Shown: positions 55,286-64,000 of the stretch, one piece after another
Numbering within the stretch: position 1 is the stretch's first letter
Layout of the letters: every line of letters begins with the position of its first letter
Source of the DNA: Naegleria gruberi
Lineage: Eukaryota
DNA length: 64,000 nucleotides
Assembly (NCBI GenBank): GCA_000004985.1
Contig: GG738919.1
Reading direction: 5' to 3' (one strand)
The notes under the pieces: generated by a model
Told to the model about the DNA's origin: nothing
Database searches by the model: none
What the model saw: the letters and a program-made list of their open reading frames with translations, nothing else
Made by a program: the position numbers and the translations under genes

Positions 55286-57667
55286 TTATTGTAATATTAA
55301 TATAAAATAAATAACAATCATGCCAATTGTCATTGCCATATTTGTAAATCCATTGTAAATACTCAATGCTGATCCAAGAACCATTGAATTGACTCCTCTC
55401 TTTGAGCTAAAAGTTGAAGGTTGAGGTAAAACTCTATCTCCACATCTCTCACCTCCAAATCCACTCTTACATGAACAAGTATTGATGGAAGTGCAATTTC
55501 CATTTCCGGAACATGCTAATGGATCATTGTAAAGAGTTCCAAAACAGAGTGGAAGACAAAAAGTGTTGGTTTCATCGGTGAGAGAGTTGGCTGGACAAGC
55601 TTGTTTGGAAATCTTGAGAATACGATTGGAGAAACCACCTGAAACTAACAAATCTCCTTTTGGAGTAAATGAAAGACCTGTAGCACTCATAAAAATGGTT
55701 GTTGCATCAGAATATGATTCAGGAATGCTACTGTTTTTGCTTCCAAAGATTGTTACCAGAATTCCCTTTGAAGTAATCTTTCGAATATTGTTTCCATCTG
55801 AGAAGAAAACTTCTCCCTCTTTTGAAACAGCAACCGATGAAGGATATCCAATTCCAGTACTTGTAGCAATTCCAAAATCTTCACCAACAGTGCTGTCTCC
55901 ATTACCTGCCACTGTTGTAATATTACCATTCTTAGAGAGCTTTCTAATGAGATAATTATCATAATCAGCAATATACAAATCACCATTTGGAGCCAGTGCG
56001 ATATCTTGTGGACCACTGAACTTTGTCTTTGTTGCCAATCCATCACCATTGAACCCACCATCTTCCAACACTCCAGCAATGATACTCATCACTCCATTTG
56101 TAGAAATCTTTCGAATAACATGACTCGATCTATCAGCCACCAACAACTCACCACTCTCTGTCAAAATTACAGCTTGAGGAGAACCCAAACCACTCACAAC
56201 TGTATCAACAGTTCCATTCGATGCAAAAATCCTTCTAATTGCTCCATTAAACAAATCTGCAATGAAAATATCACCATTTTTGGAACATGCAATTCTGGTT
56301 GGTTCGTTGAACTTGGCCAACTTGGCATCTGATCCATCACCACTATAGCCATGGTCACCTGTGCCGGCGTATTGTGAGATAATACCATTTGGGGAGATTT
56401 TTCTGATTTTGTGATAGGCACTTTCGGCTATGAAAGTTTCGTCTAGAATGTTTGTGCAGGCATGTTTAGGATAGTAGACAAAGGCTTGTTGGCTGTTGTA
56501 GCCATCTCCTGTAAACTTTTTAACATCTCCAGTAAAGTCTGGTTTGAGGGTGAGAGTGATACTATTTCCTTTAGTGTCAACCTTTCGAATATACAAGTTT
56601 CCATTATCTGCAATAAACATTTCGCCCAAGCTTGATAGAGCAACACTGGTTGGAGCAGAAAGAAGGGCTGAAGTTGCAGGAACGTTTTCATCTTCTCTGC
56701 TATAACCACTACTATTTGGGACTCCAGCAACTGTTGAAATAATTCCACTTTTCGAAACCTTTCGAATAAGGGAATTCAAAGTATCAGCAATATAGACCTC
56801 ACCAGTGGATTCATAAAAGAAAACACCATAAGGTGTGTTCAGTAGAGCTTGCTTTGCTTGAGAACCATCTCCTCCATAACCATTTATGGTTCCATTTCCA
56901 GCAAAAGTGGAAATTATTCCATTTGCATCAATCTTTCGAATAACGTGATTCTTTGAATCGGCAATATACAATTCACCAGTTGAACTAATTGACAAACCAA
57001 TTGGACTATTCAATTGTGCTGTTTTGGCATTTCCGCCATCACCAGAAAATCCTTCTTCACCATTTCCAGCTATTGTTGAAATATTACCATTTAGAGAAAT
57101 CTTTCTAATCACATGATTTGATTTATCAGCAATATAAACTTCACCATTCGATGCTACTGCAACACCAGTTGGAGTATTCAATCTTGCACGAGTTGCCAAA
57201 CCATTGTCTCCACTGTAACCCAAGTCACCCTTCATTCCTGCCACAATTGTTTGAATTCCCTTCGAATTTAATCTAACAATGACACCTCCTACTGGATCAC
57301 TAATGAGCAAATCATTGGAATTTGGATAGAGAGCAACACCTCCTGGTTGAAACTCCAAATCCTTCGTTAAAGTTGTAATTCCACTCACAGTATCCAACAT
57401 TCTAATCTTGGTCATGCTATCCTCAGTCATGTAGAGAATATTACTCGAGGCAGAGATGGCAAACATGTTGGGACGAGAGAATACGAAAGAGGATGGTATA
57501 TTACTTCCCTCCTTCTCACCAGCAACCACAACTGAAACATTGTACTTGATAGCTGTCAGTTGTGCATTCACTACTGCACAAAGGAGAAACAAGAGAATCG
57601 CAATATGACAGCAGACTTTGTGAATCTGATTGGTTTGCATGTTTTTTTTTGAAATGTGTCTTTCCAT
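55286..57667 (-). CDS. type-I membrane protein with ~11 tandem NHL repeats, an EGF-like Cys-rich module and C-terminal TM
   Basis: ATG start. Signal peptide. Repeated NHVIRKISxNGxISTIAGNG / GDGGxAxxAxLNxPxGx units. EGF-like CLPLCFGTLYNDPLACSGNGNCTSINTCSCKSGFGGERCG. C-terminal hydrophobic MAMTIGMIVIYFILIL. Confidence 0.7.
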   Translation of the reverse strand: MERHISKKNMQTNQIHKVCCHIAILLFLLCAVVNAQLTAIKYNVSVVVAGEKEGSNIPSSFVFSRPNMFAISASSNILYMTEDSMTKIRMLDTVSGITTLTKDLEFQPGGVALYPNSNDLLISDPVGGVIVRLNSKGIQTIVAGMKGDLGYSGDNGLATRARLNTPTGVAVASNGEVYIADKSNHVIRKISLNGNISTIAGNGEEGFSGDGGNAKTAQLNSPIGLSISSTGELYIADSKNHVIRKIDANGIISTFAGNGTINGYGGDGSQAKQALLNTPYGVFFYESTGEVYIADTLNSLIRKVSKSGIISTVAGVPNSSGYSREDENVPATSALLSAPTSVALSSLGEMFIADNGNLYIRKVDTKGNSITLTLKPDFTGDVKKFTGDGYNSQQAFVYYPKHACTNILDETFIAESAYHKIRKISPNGIISQYAGTGDHGYSGDGSDAKLAKFNEPTRIACSKNGDIFIADLFNGAIRRIFASNGTVDTVVSGLGSPQAVILTESGELLVADRSSHVIRKISTNGVMSIIAGVLEDGGFNGDGLATKTKFSGPQDIALAPNGDLYIADYDNYLIRKLSKNGNITTVAGNGDSTVGEDFGIATSTGIGYPSSVAVSKEGEVFFSDGNNIRKITSKGILVTIFGSKNSSIPESYSDATTIFMSATGLSFTPKGDLLVSGGFSNRILKISKQACPANSLTDETNTFCLPLCFGTLYNDPLACSGNGNCTSINTCSCKSGFGGERCGDRVLPQPSTFSSKRGVNSMVLGSALSIYNGFTNMAMTIGMIVIYFILILQ

Positions 57668-57925
57668 TTTCTCTACCGGATTAGTATATCCGATGAAATG
57701 GAAAGCTTACTGTATGGTGGTAGTGTCACATTGAACGAATGCTTTTTTCCAAATAAGTATATGGACAAACCACAGTAGAATGTTTGAATCGTTCAATATT
57801 CACGCACTGGAAGTAAAGTCTTCATCTATCAGTAATGGATTCTAGTTTAAAATTTGAATGTTGATGAATGGTCTAGTTGACTATGTTGTGTTTTCATTTT
57901 ACAAGATTTAGACAAATATTAAAAA
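57668..57925. promoter_or_regulatory. shared divergent (bidirectional) promoter region of the two NHL-EGF paralogs
   Basis: 258 bp lie between two ATG start codons that point away from each other. The region contains a near-palindrome CCGGATTAGTATATCCGA and an inverted 9-10-mer ATTGAACGA..TCGTTCAAT spaced about 50 bp apart. Confidence 0.4.
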
Positions 57926-60391
57926 ATGAACAAATCTTGTGTAACAGTTGTGCTTTTTTACTGCATCTGTTTATTGGGTTTCTTATTGCATGTTAAAGCA
58001 GAGCAATACGAAACCTCTGAAAATCCAAATTTTTCTATTCGTTACAATCTCACACTTGTTACTGGAAATGGTGATAAGAGAGGAACAGGCGTTCCTTACA
58101 GTATTGTAATGACAAGACCTGTGGGATTGGCATATTCTCAAAAGAGGAACACTATTTATCTTTCTGAAGGTAATTTGATGAGAAAACTTGACTTGACAAC
58201 TGGCATGACTTATATATTTGCAAATGTTGAAAATCCTGGTTTGCTTGCTTTCTCTCCTAATGAAACAACTCTCTACGTATGCTTCCCACTCTCAAATAAG
58301 GTTCAAAGAATGGACTTTCTTCCAAATGGAACCGAAATCTTTTCAGATTTTGCTGGAAATGGAAATTCTGGAAATACAGGTGAAGGTGGCTTGGCTATTA
58401 ATGCTCAATTGAATCAACCAAGTGGTGTAGCAGTTGATTCAAATGGTGATGTTTACATTTCAGATTCTGGAAATGGTTTAATCAGAAAGGTTTCCATCTC
58501 TTCAGGAATAATTACAAAATTTGCTGGAACAAGTCAAGGATTTGCAGGAGATGGTGGTTTGGCAAAGAATGCCAAGTTGAGTAATCCAAGAGGATTGAAT
58601 TTTGGTCCAAATGGTGATTTGTACATTGCAGATTCTGATAATAATGTGGTGAGAAGAATTAATTCGAGTGGAATTATTACAACCATTGCAGGTGATACCA
58701 CATCAGGTTATTCTGGAGATGGAGGTGATGCTAAATTGGCAAAGATGAAAAATCCAATCAATGTTATTGTCTCAAAAACTAATGAAATATTCATTAGTGA
58801 TGCAGATAATAATGTTATTAGAAAGGTTTCCAATGGAAATATTTCAACAATTGCTGGTAATGAATTGGTGGGTTCTGGATTCAGTGGAGATGGAGGAGAT
58901 TCTAAAAACGCATTGATTTCCATGGTACAAGGATTTGTATGGATCAATGATGAGTTGGTATTTGGAGATTTGGTAAATTCTATTAGAAAGATCAGTAAGA
59001 GTGGAATCATTTCATCCCTCACACAAAAACTTCCATTCACTGGTGATGGTGTTAATGTAGATTTGAGTTTTATACTCTATCCTAAAGGTATTTGTGTGAA
59101 TGAGAATACAGGTGATATTATTTTTTCAGAAGCTTATGGAGATACTATTCGAAAGATTGCCAAGAATAGAATAATTACAAAAATAGCAGGTATTGGAAGT
59201 GCCAATAATTCTGCTGGAGTTGAAAATGGGCAAGCGCTCTCTGTTTCTCTTCATATGCCAAGTCTTATTCAATGTCAACCAAATGGTGATGTTTATGTTG
59301 CTGATTATTTCTCCAATCTCATTCGTTTAGTTTCGACCAATGGCAGTATAACGAATGTTGCTGGAACTGGTGTTGGGGGATACAGTGGAGATGGTGGTAA
59401 TGCTAAATTAGCCAAATTGAATGCACCTAATTCAGTCAAAGTTTCTTCCAGTGATGAAATTGTTATTGCAGACACTTCCAATAATGTTATTCGAAAGGTT
59501 TTCAAAAATGGAACAATTATTACAATTGCTGGTACTATTGGAAGTCAGGGATACAGTGGAGACAATGGTCTAGCAATTAGTTCAGTTCTTTCCAGCCCAT
59601 CAGATGTTGCTATTGCACCAAATGGTGAGGTATTCATTGCCGATTGGGGAAACCATGTTATTCGAAAGATTGATACTAAAGGTATCATTACAACAATTGT
59701 AGGCAATGGCACAGAAGGTAATGGTGGTGAGGGATTTAATAGACCTCTAACTGCTCAATTGAAATTTCCAAAATCAATCTCACTTTCGAAAGATGGAGAA
59801 TTGTTCATTTCAGATTACAATGGAATTAAGAAATTAACAGTGAAAGGAACAATTGCTCATATTGCTGGAGTTGGAGATGATAGATATGTTCCTCTAACTC
59901 AAAATTACCTCTCAGATGCCACAACTGCCTCAGTTTTCACAGATCAAATTCACATCATGTCAAATGGTGATTTGATTATTGGCATTGGAAATGGTTATGA
60001 CAATGGCAAGATCTACAAGCTATCCAAACTCACTTGCACCCAACCAAACTATTCTCCAGACAGCACCAACACTTTCTGTCTCCCTTCATGTTTTGGTTTG
60101 ATTGCTGACAGCAACAATATCTGCTCAGGAAATGGTTCATGCATTTCGACCAATACCTGCCAATGCAAGCCAGGATATACTGGAGCCCAATGTCAATCTC
60201 GTATTGAACCAACCATTTCCAAACAACCAGCCTACCCTCTCACAAGTAGCTCCTCAATTCTTCCTCAAAAATCGAAAGGAGTGATTGGAGGAAATTCCAA
60301 TCCACGTGGAGTTGCTTCGAGTGTTTGCGTTGGAATGAAAATTTCTGGAATTTTGTTGATTTTATGGGTCGTTCTGATGTTTTGCTTTTAA
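57926..60391 (+). CDS. paralogous NHL-repeat + EGF-like type-I membrane (or GPI-anchored) protein
   Basis: ATG start. Signal peptide. NHL repeats (NNVIRKVSNGNISTIAG, NHVIRKIDTKGIITTIVG). EGF-like CLPSCFGLIADSNNICSGNGSCISTNTCQCKPGYTGAQCQ. C-terminal hydrophobic ISGILLILWVVLMFCF. Confidence 0.7.
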   Translation: MNKSCVTVVLFYCICLLGFLLHVKAEQYETSENPNFSIRYNLTLVTGNGDKRGTGVPYSIVMTRPVGLAYSQKRNTIYLSEGNLMRKLDLTTGMTYIFANVENPGLLAFSPNETTLYVCFPLSNKVQRMDFLPNGTEIFSDFAGNGNSGNTGEGGLAINAQLNQPSGVAVDSNGDVYISDSGNGLIRKVSISSGIITKFAGTSQGFAGDGGLAKNAKLSNPRGLNFGPNGDLYIADSDNNVVRRINSSGIITTIAGDTTSGYSGDGGDAKLAKMKNPINVIVSKTNEIFISDADNNVIRKVSNGNISTIAGNELVGSGFSGDGGDSKNALISMVQGFVWINDELVFGDLVNSIRKISKSGIISSLTQKLPFTGDGVNVDLSFILYPKGICVNENTGDIIFSEAYGDTIRKIAKNRIITKIAGIGSANNSAGVENGQALSVSLHMPSLIQCQPNGDVYVADYFSNLIRLVSTNGSITNVAGTGVGGYSGDGGNAKLAKLNAPNSVKVSSSDEIVIADTSNNVIRKVFKNGTIITIAGTIGSQGYSGDNGLAISSVLSSPSDVAIAPNGEVFIADWGNHVIRKIDTKGIITTIVGNGTEGNGGEGFNRPLTAQLKFPKSISLSKDGELFISDYNGIKKLTVKGTIAHIAGVGDDRYVPLTQNYLSDATTASVFTDQIHIMSNGDLIIGIGNGYDNGKIYKLSKLTCTQPNYSPDSTNTFCLPSCFGLIADSNNICSGNGSCISTNTCQCKPGYTGAQCQSRIEPTISKQPAYPLTSSSSILPQKSKGVIGGNSNPRGVASSVCVGMKISGILLILWVVLMFCF

Positions 60392-61094
60392 TTGTGTTGA
60401 ATTTGCATGATAATAAAGAATTGTTGTAAGAATCTTGTTGTGGTTTACAATAGGTAGGAGTGACAGAGCTGTAATGATGAGGAGTTTAATTTGTCTTTAT
60501 AAGGCAATGTGGGACATATACAAACTTACAATATTTTGGTTATGAAATTGACACAATCAAGGAAATTTGTGTTCCAATTCATTACCTTTCTGTCTTTTCA
60601 CCTCAATAGAAAAATATCAAAATCAAATCTATTCGAAAGCTTATATTTTGTATAAACTTAACAACTTTCGTGTTGAGGTTCTTTCAGTGACTATGTTAAA
60701 AATCCGCAAAATATCCATTTCATCTGAGCTCCAACATATCTCTGTAATAAATTCTTCATTTTTATAGTTTTCACTTGGAAGAGGAATTGAAATTGGAATA
60801 ATTGCGCTTTCGAATGGTCTTTCGCAATAATTCATGTAAAATATTGGGTATTGAGCCTCTTAAACAAACTAAACACTGCAAGATATGATTCTACAGATCC
60901 AAACAATGTTTAAACATCTTTCGGCTAGAGTTTCGGGCAATGTTTTTATGTTCAATGTTGGAAACTCTCGAGTTCGACCTTCAGTTCGAAAGGTGAAAAA
61001 ACAACGCTTGTCAGTCCACTTCTAAATACCAACTTTAAAAAAAAGAAACTTCTTAACTACGCACAACCTATCTAGTTTCGTTTAGTGTTTAGTT

Positions 61095-62393
61095 ATGGTT
61101 GCCATCATTAATACGCCAACAATAGACGAAACGAAGAATAATTTCAATAATTCTTCATCAGTAGCAGCTGCCTCAGCTATTACAACATATTTCAACAATA
61201 ATAATATTGGAAACGTTTCGAATAACATGTTAGTGCCCAACAAAACAACAAAACATTGAATTAGTAACGGCTTCACAAGATGATAGTATTAATAACAATT
61301 CTTTACAAACAATAACACCGCTCTATCAACAACATGGAAATTCTTCGATAGGTGTGGAAAGTAACGTTTCGTCTACTTTAGTTCAACCAATTCAACAAGA
61401 AAGCGAGAGTATCCAACAAATGATTTCGAATTTTAAATTGCGCCCATTAAGAGTTTACCAACAAGAACAAGAAAGAATGGAAAATCGTCAAGTTTCGTCA
61501 CATGCTCCTCAAAATTCCTCATCGTCGAGCTCTAGATTACAATTAGTTTCGCCTTCCCCTAATAATAGCCTTCTAATGTTCCTTCACTTACAAATTCTCC
61601 GCAAGTTAATAGTATTTCAACTGTTATCATTCCATCTAATAATCATCAAACTCTAGTTTCGAATAATTCCTCAACAAATCAAGCTAATGAAAATCCAATT
61701 CAAGTAGTTTATAGTGAAACAAATCAGCAACAATTTGATGATTCACAAGGATTGTTGGGTTCTTTTGATATTTCCTCAGATTCTACTAGTGGAAAGAATG
61801 GTCAATCGAATATCAAGTCATTTGTCAAAGCTGCCTTATTAATTTTCCACATTATTTGTCAAATTGTAATGAGTGGCATGATTGGTATTTCATTCATTCT
61901 ATACGATTGGAAAACCATGATCATTTTCACTCCCAAAATTGTCATTGGATTTCTAATAATTTTGGCAGTTTACAAAAAGAAGAATGGTTTCTTACATTTT
62001 CTATTAGGAAGCATCCTTTTAGATTTGATTTACACCACCATTTTGGTTGGTCTGAGGTTTTATGTAACAGCCAGACCTGGACAAGTTACTTTTCTGACAC
62101 AGGAATCGAATAATGCATTTACTGAACTTTCTAAGAATCCAATAGAGTTAGCACCAAATCATGTGCTTGTCCACACTCCAGAATGGACACACTCAAGTGT
62201 TGAATGGATTAAGGCAGCTACCCCAATTCCAGAATCACCAAATGAGCACACTGATATGCAAGGAACAAGTGCTGCAACTGAAGCTCAAAGGAAAAAGCTT
62301 CCTGGCTTGTGGTTTCAATTCGGAATTCAAATTATGGGCGGATTTATTGTTCTCCTGACAATAATATGGACACTCATAGTTGGTCAACAGTAA
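61095..62393 (+). CDS. S/N/P-rich protein with C-terminal 3-4 TM domain; one 58-nt intron plus one unexplained frame discontinuity
   Basis: ATG at 61095. Frame 0 runs to a GTTAGT donor at 61229. A GATAG acceptor places exon 2 at 61287 in frame +1. The coding signal then switches back to frame 0 at about 61546-61569, where two in-frame stops sit in a low-complexity stretch. It then continues to TAA at 62393 through hydrophobic helices. Confidence 0.35.
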
Positions 62394-62486
62394 ATAACCA
62401 TTCAATATTATTAAACATTTATTACAAAAACTTATTATTATTGAATACATTCAAATATGTAAAAAATTATCTCCACAACTTAAAGA

Positions 62487-63610
62487 ATGGCCGTTCGTTT
62501 GCTGTTGAGTGATTTTACTGATCGTGATCATCATTATGATTTCACTCTGGAAAATATGCTCACCCGAAAACTCATGTTCCGATTTGATCTCAAGTTAATT
62601 CCGAAGAGTTTCATCTGTCCATTTTCTACAAAGCGATCATCATCAATTAATGATTTTAATCTCAATGTAATTATTTAATTATATTTAACTATAATTTAAA
62701 AATTTAATATTTAATATAAATATTTATAATAATATATTAATTAAATGGTATTCAACTTAAGAATACGGAATTAAAATTTAAAAAACCAGTCGATGTAAAA
62801 TTCTCTCCTCAATTTCAATGTCTCATCATTTCCGATGAGAATGGACTCTATTTTCTCAATCATAAGAATGCAAGTTTGATGAAATTTGTGGCGGGAAAAG
62901 ATTTTGGAAGTTTGTGTGTTGATTATTGTGCTTCTGATTGTGGAAAATCAAAGGATTATTTGATTGTTACGACACAGTTCATTACTACTCAGATTAGAAA
63001 GTATGATTTGGAGAAGATATTGTTTCATTTCAATGATCAATTGTGGAGGAGTGGTTTCGAATGGAGCAATTCTCAATTGTGTAGAATGAGTGGAATTGCC
63101 TTTTCGAGGAGGAATGCAAAGAGTGGATCTTTGTTTGTTTCAGATTGGACTTATTGTTACATGTTAAATGCAGGAAATGGAAAAGTAGTGACAAGATTTC
63201 ATATATTCGATAGCTCTCTACAATACGAAATGAGAAGACCCATTCATGGCATTGAGTTTTACAAAGGTAATTTATGGCTTGTGGAGACTACTAATGATAT
63301 TTGCCATATTCATCAATTTAAATGGGAAAATAGCAAGTGGAATAATTTCAAAATTCATCAATTTAAATGCAAAGGTGCCACCTGTCGTGATATCAAGGTC
63401 ATTAATGAAAAATACTTGGCAATCAGTGATTCTAAAGGTAGAATTCTCCTCTTTGATTTGGTTGATTTCAAATTCCTTAGAAAGAGTCAAATTACTAGTC
63501 AAGACAAAATTACAATGGATGTAGGTCTGCAAGGAATTTGTTTCAATCCACTTTTAAATGAAATGTATGCATGTGACTTTGAAACTGATAAAGTTCACAT
63601 TATTTTGTGA
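62487..63610 (+). CDS. NHL-like beta-propeller protein; two exons
   Basis: Exon 1 is 62487..62666 (ATG start; donor GTAATT). The intron is 62667..62761, 95 nt, very AT-rich, with acceptor CTTAAG. Exon 2 is 62762..63610. NHL-like blades (ISDSKGRILLFDL, GICFNPLLNEMYACDFETDKVHII). The N-terminal region resembles the 48158 gene. Confidence 0.5.
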
Positions 63611-63756
63611 TCATTATTCAACAAGTACATTCTCATTGTAAAGCTGTTGTCATTTGACTTTTGATGGACAATTATTATCTCTTTAAGAGTTGTTTAATAC
63701 TACTACTTTATTTTTAGTGATTCGCAGTCAATTCGGTCGCTCAAGTTGTTAAAAAA

Positions 63757-64000
63757 ATGTTAAAACGACACCAAGCAAAGATAATCATTGCCATCACAGC
63801 TTTTGGAATTTTCAGCATTCTTTTTTGCTGTTTCCTGTTCATATCACATTCGAATGGATATTCATTCTTTCGGAAATTCTATCCTATCGATCGCACACGA
63901 ATGATTGTCGTTTCCAAATATACGGAAGATGTTTCATGGCTCGATACCTACCTTCCACACATTCCACATGCAGTCTACGATCGATTAAATCCACAGGCGC
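63757..64000 (+). CDS. 5' part of a type-II membrane protein gene running off the window end
   Basis: ATG at 63757. MLKRHQAKIIIAITAFGIFSILFCCFLF is a signal anchor. This is followed by RMIVVSKYTEDVSWL, a motif that recurs in a family of luminal (glycosyltransferase-like) proteins. No stop before the end of the window. Confidence 0.35.
   Translation, partial: MLKRHQAKIIIAITAFGIFSILFCCFLFISHSNGYSFFRKFYPIDRTRMIVVSKYTEDVSWLDTYLPHIPHAVYDRLNPQA

Noticed and set aside
1-64000. Prokaryotic-style features (operons, CRISPR arrays, RBS, Rho-independent terminators)
   Set aside because: The sequence is clearly eukaryotic nuclear DNA, with spliceosomal introns, tRNA genes with Pol III T-run terminators, and eukaryote-specific gene families. 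No direct-repeat/spacer array is present.

Overview
This 64-kb window looks like AT-rich (about one-third GC) nuclear DNA from a unicellular eukaryote. It is gene-dense, with about 40 protein-coding genes on both strands and three tRNA genes. I found no prokaryotic operon structure, CRISPR array or transposase/RT-type mobile element. I called domains from motifs I recognise in the translations; no database search was possible.

Most genes are single long ORFs. A minority carry short GT..AG introns of 41-105 nt with GTAAGT/GTACGT/GTGAGT donors; one has a TACTAAC branch point. Several ORF-track 'M' starts are actually TTG/GTG codons, so I re-derived true starts where I could.

Recognisable genes:
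- BTB/BACK protein
- Membrane sensor with TM, HAMP, PAS and an RGS output domain
- Separate 7TM-RGS receptor
- Three adjacent F-box genes, two of them F-box/LRR
- Tousled-like kinase with an N-terminal Myb/SANT-like region
- RCC1-repeat protein with 3 exons
- Ribosomal protein L27a, with an intron directly after the ATG
- Ribosomal protein S29, with the start codon split A|TG by an intron
- Inorganic pyrophosphatase
- MFS transporter
- Axonemal dynein light chain LC1, which implies a flagellar apparatus
- P4-type phospholipid flippase
- TKL-type receptor kinase with a beta-helix (PMP-like) ectodomain
- Four NHL-repeat genes, including a divergently transcribed pair of NHL+EGF type-I membrane paralogs
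- Exocyst/CATCHR Sec8-like subunit
- TPR protein, long coiled-coil protein, alpha/beta hydrolase, and several hypothetical membrane or secreted proteins

RNA genes: tRNA-Ser(UGA) and two tRNA-Glu(UUC) copies.

Things worth a second look: the two tRNA-Glu copies sit inside roughly 115-bp inverted-repeat arms that bracket the receptor-kinase gene. The bacterial-style TM-HAMP-PAS sensor is fused to a eukaryotic RGS GAP domain. Two RGS-output receptors lie in one window. The two cytosolic ribosomal-protein genes have introns at or inside the start codon. There is a local cluster of NHL genes. One gene has a frame discontinuity in an S/N/P-rich region.

The organism cannot be proven from sequence alone. 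The composition, short introns, flagellar gene and heavy signalling repertoire are consistent with an amoeboflagellate-type protist (Naegleria-like), offered only as a hypothesis.
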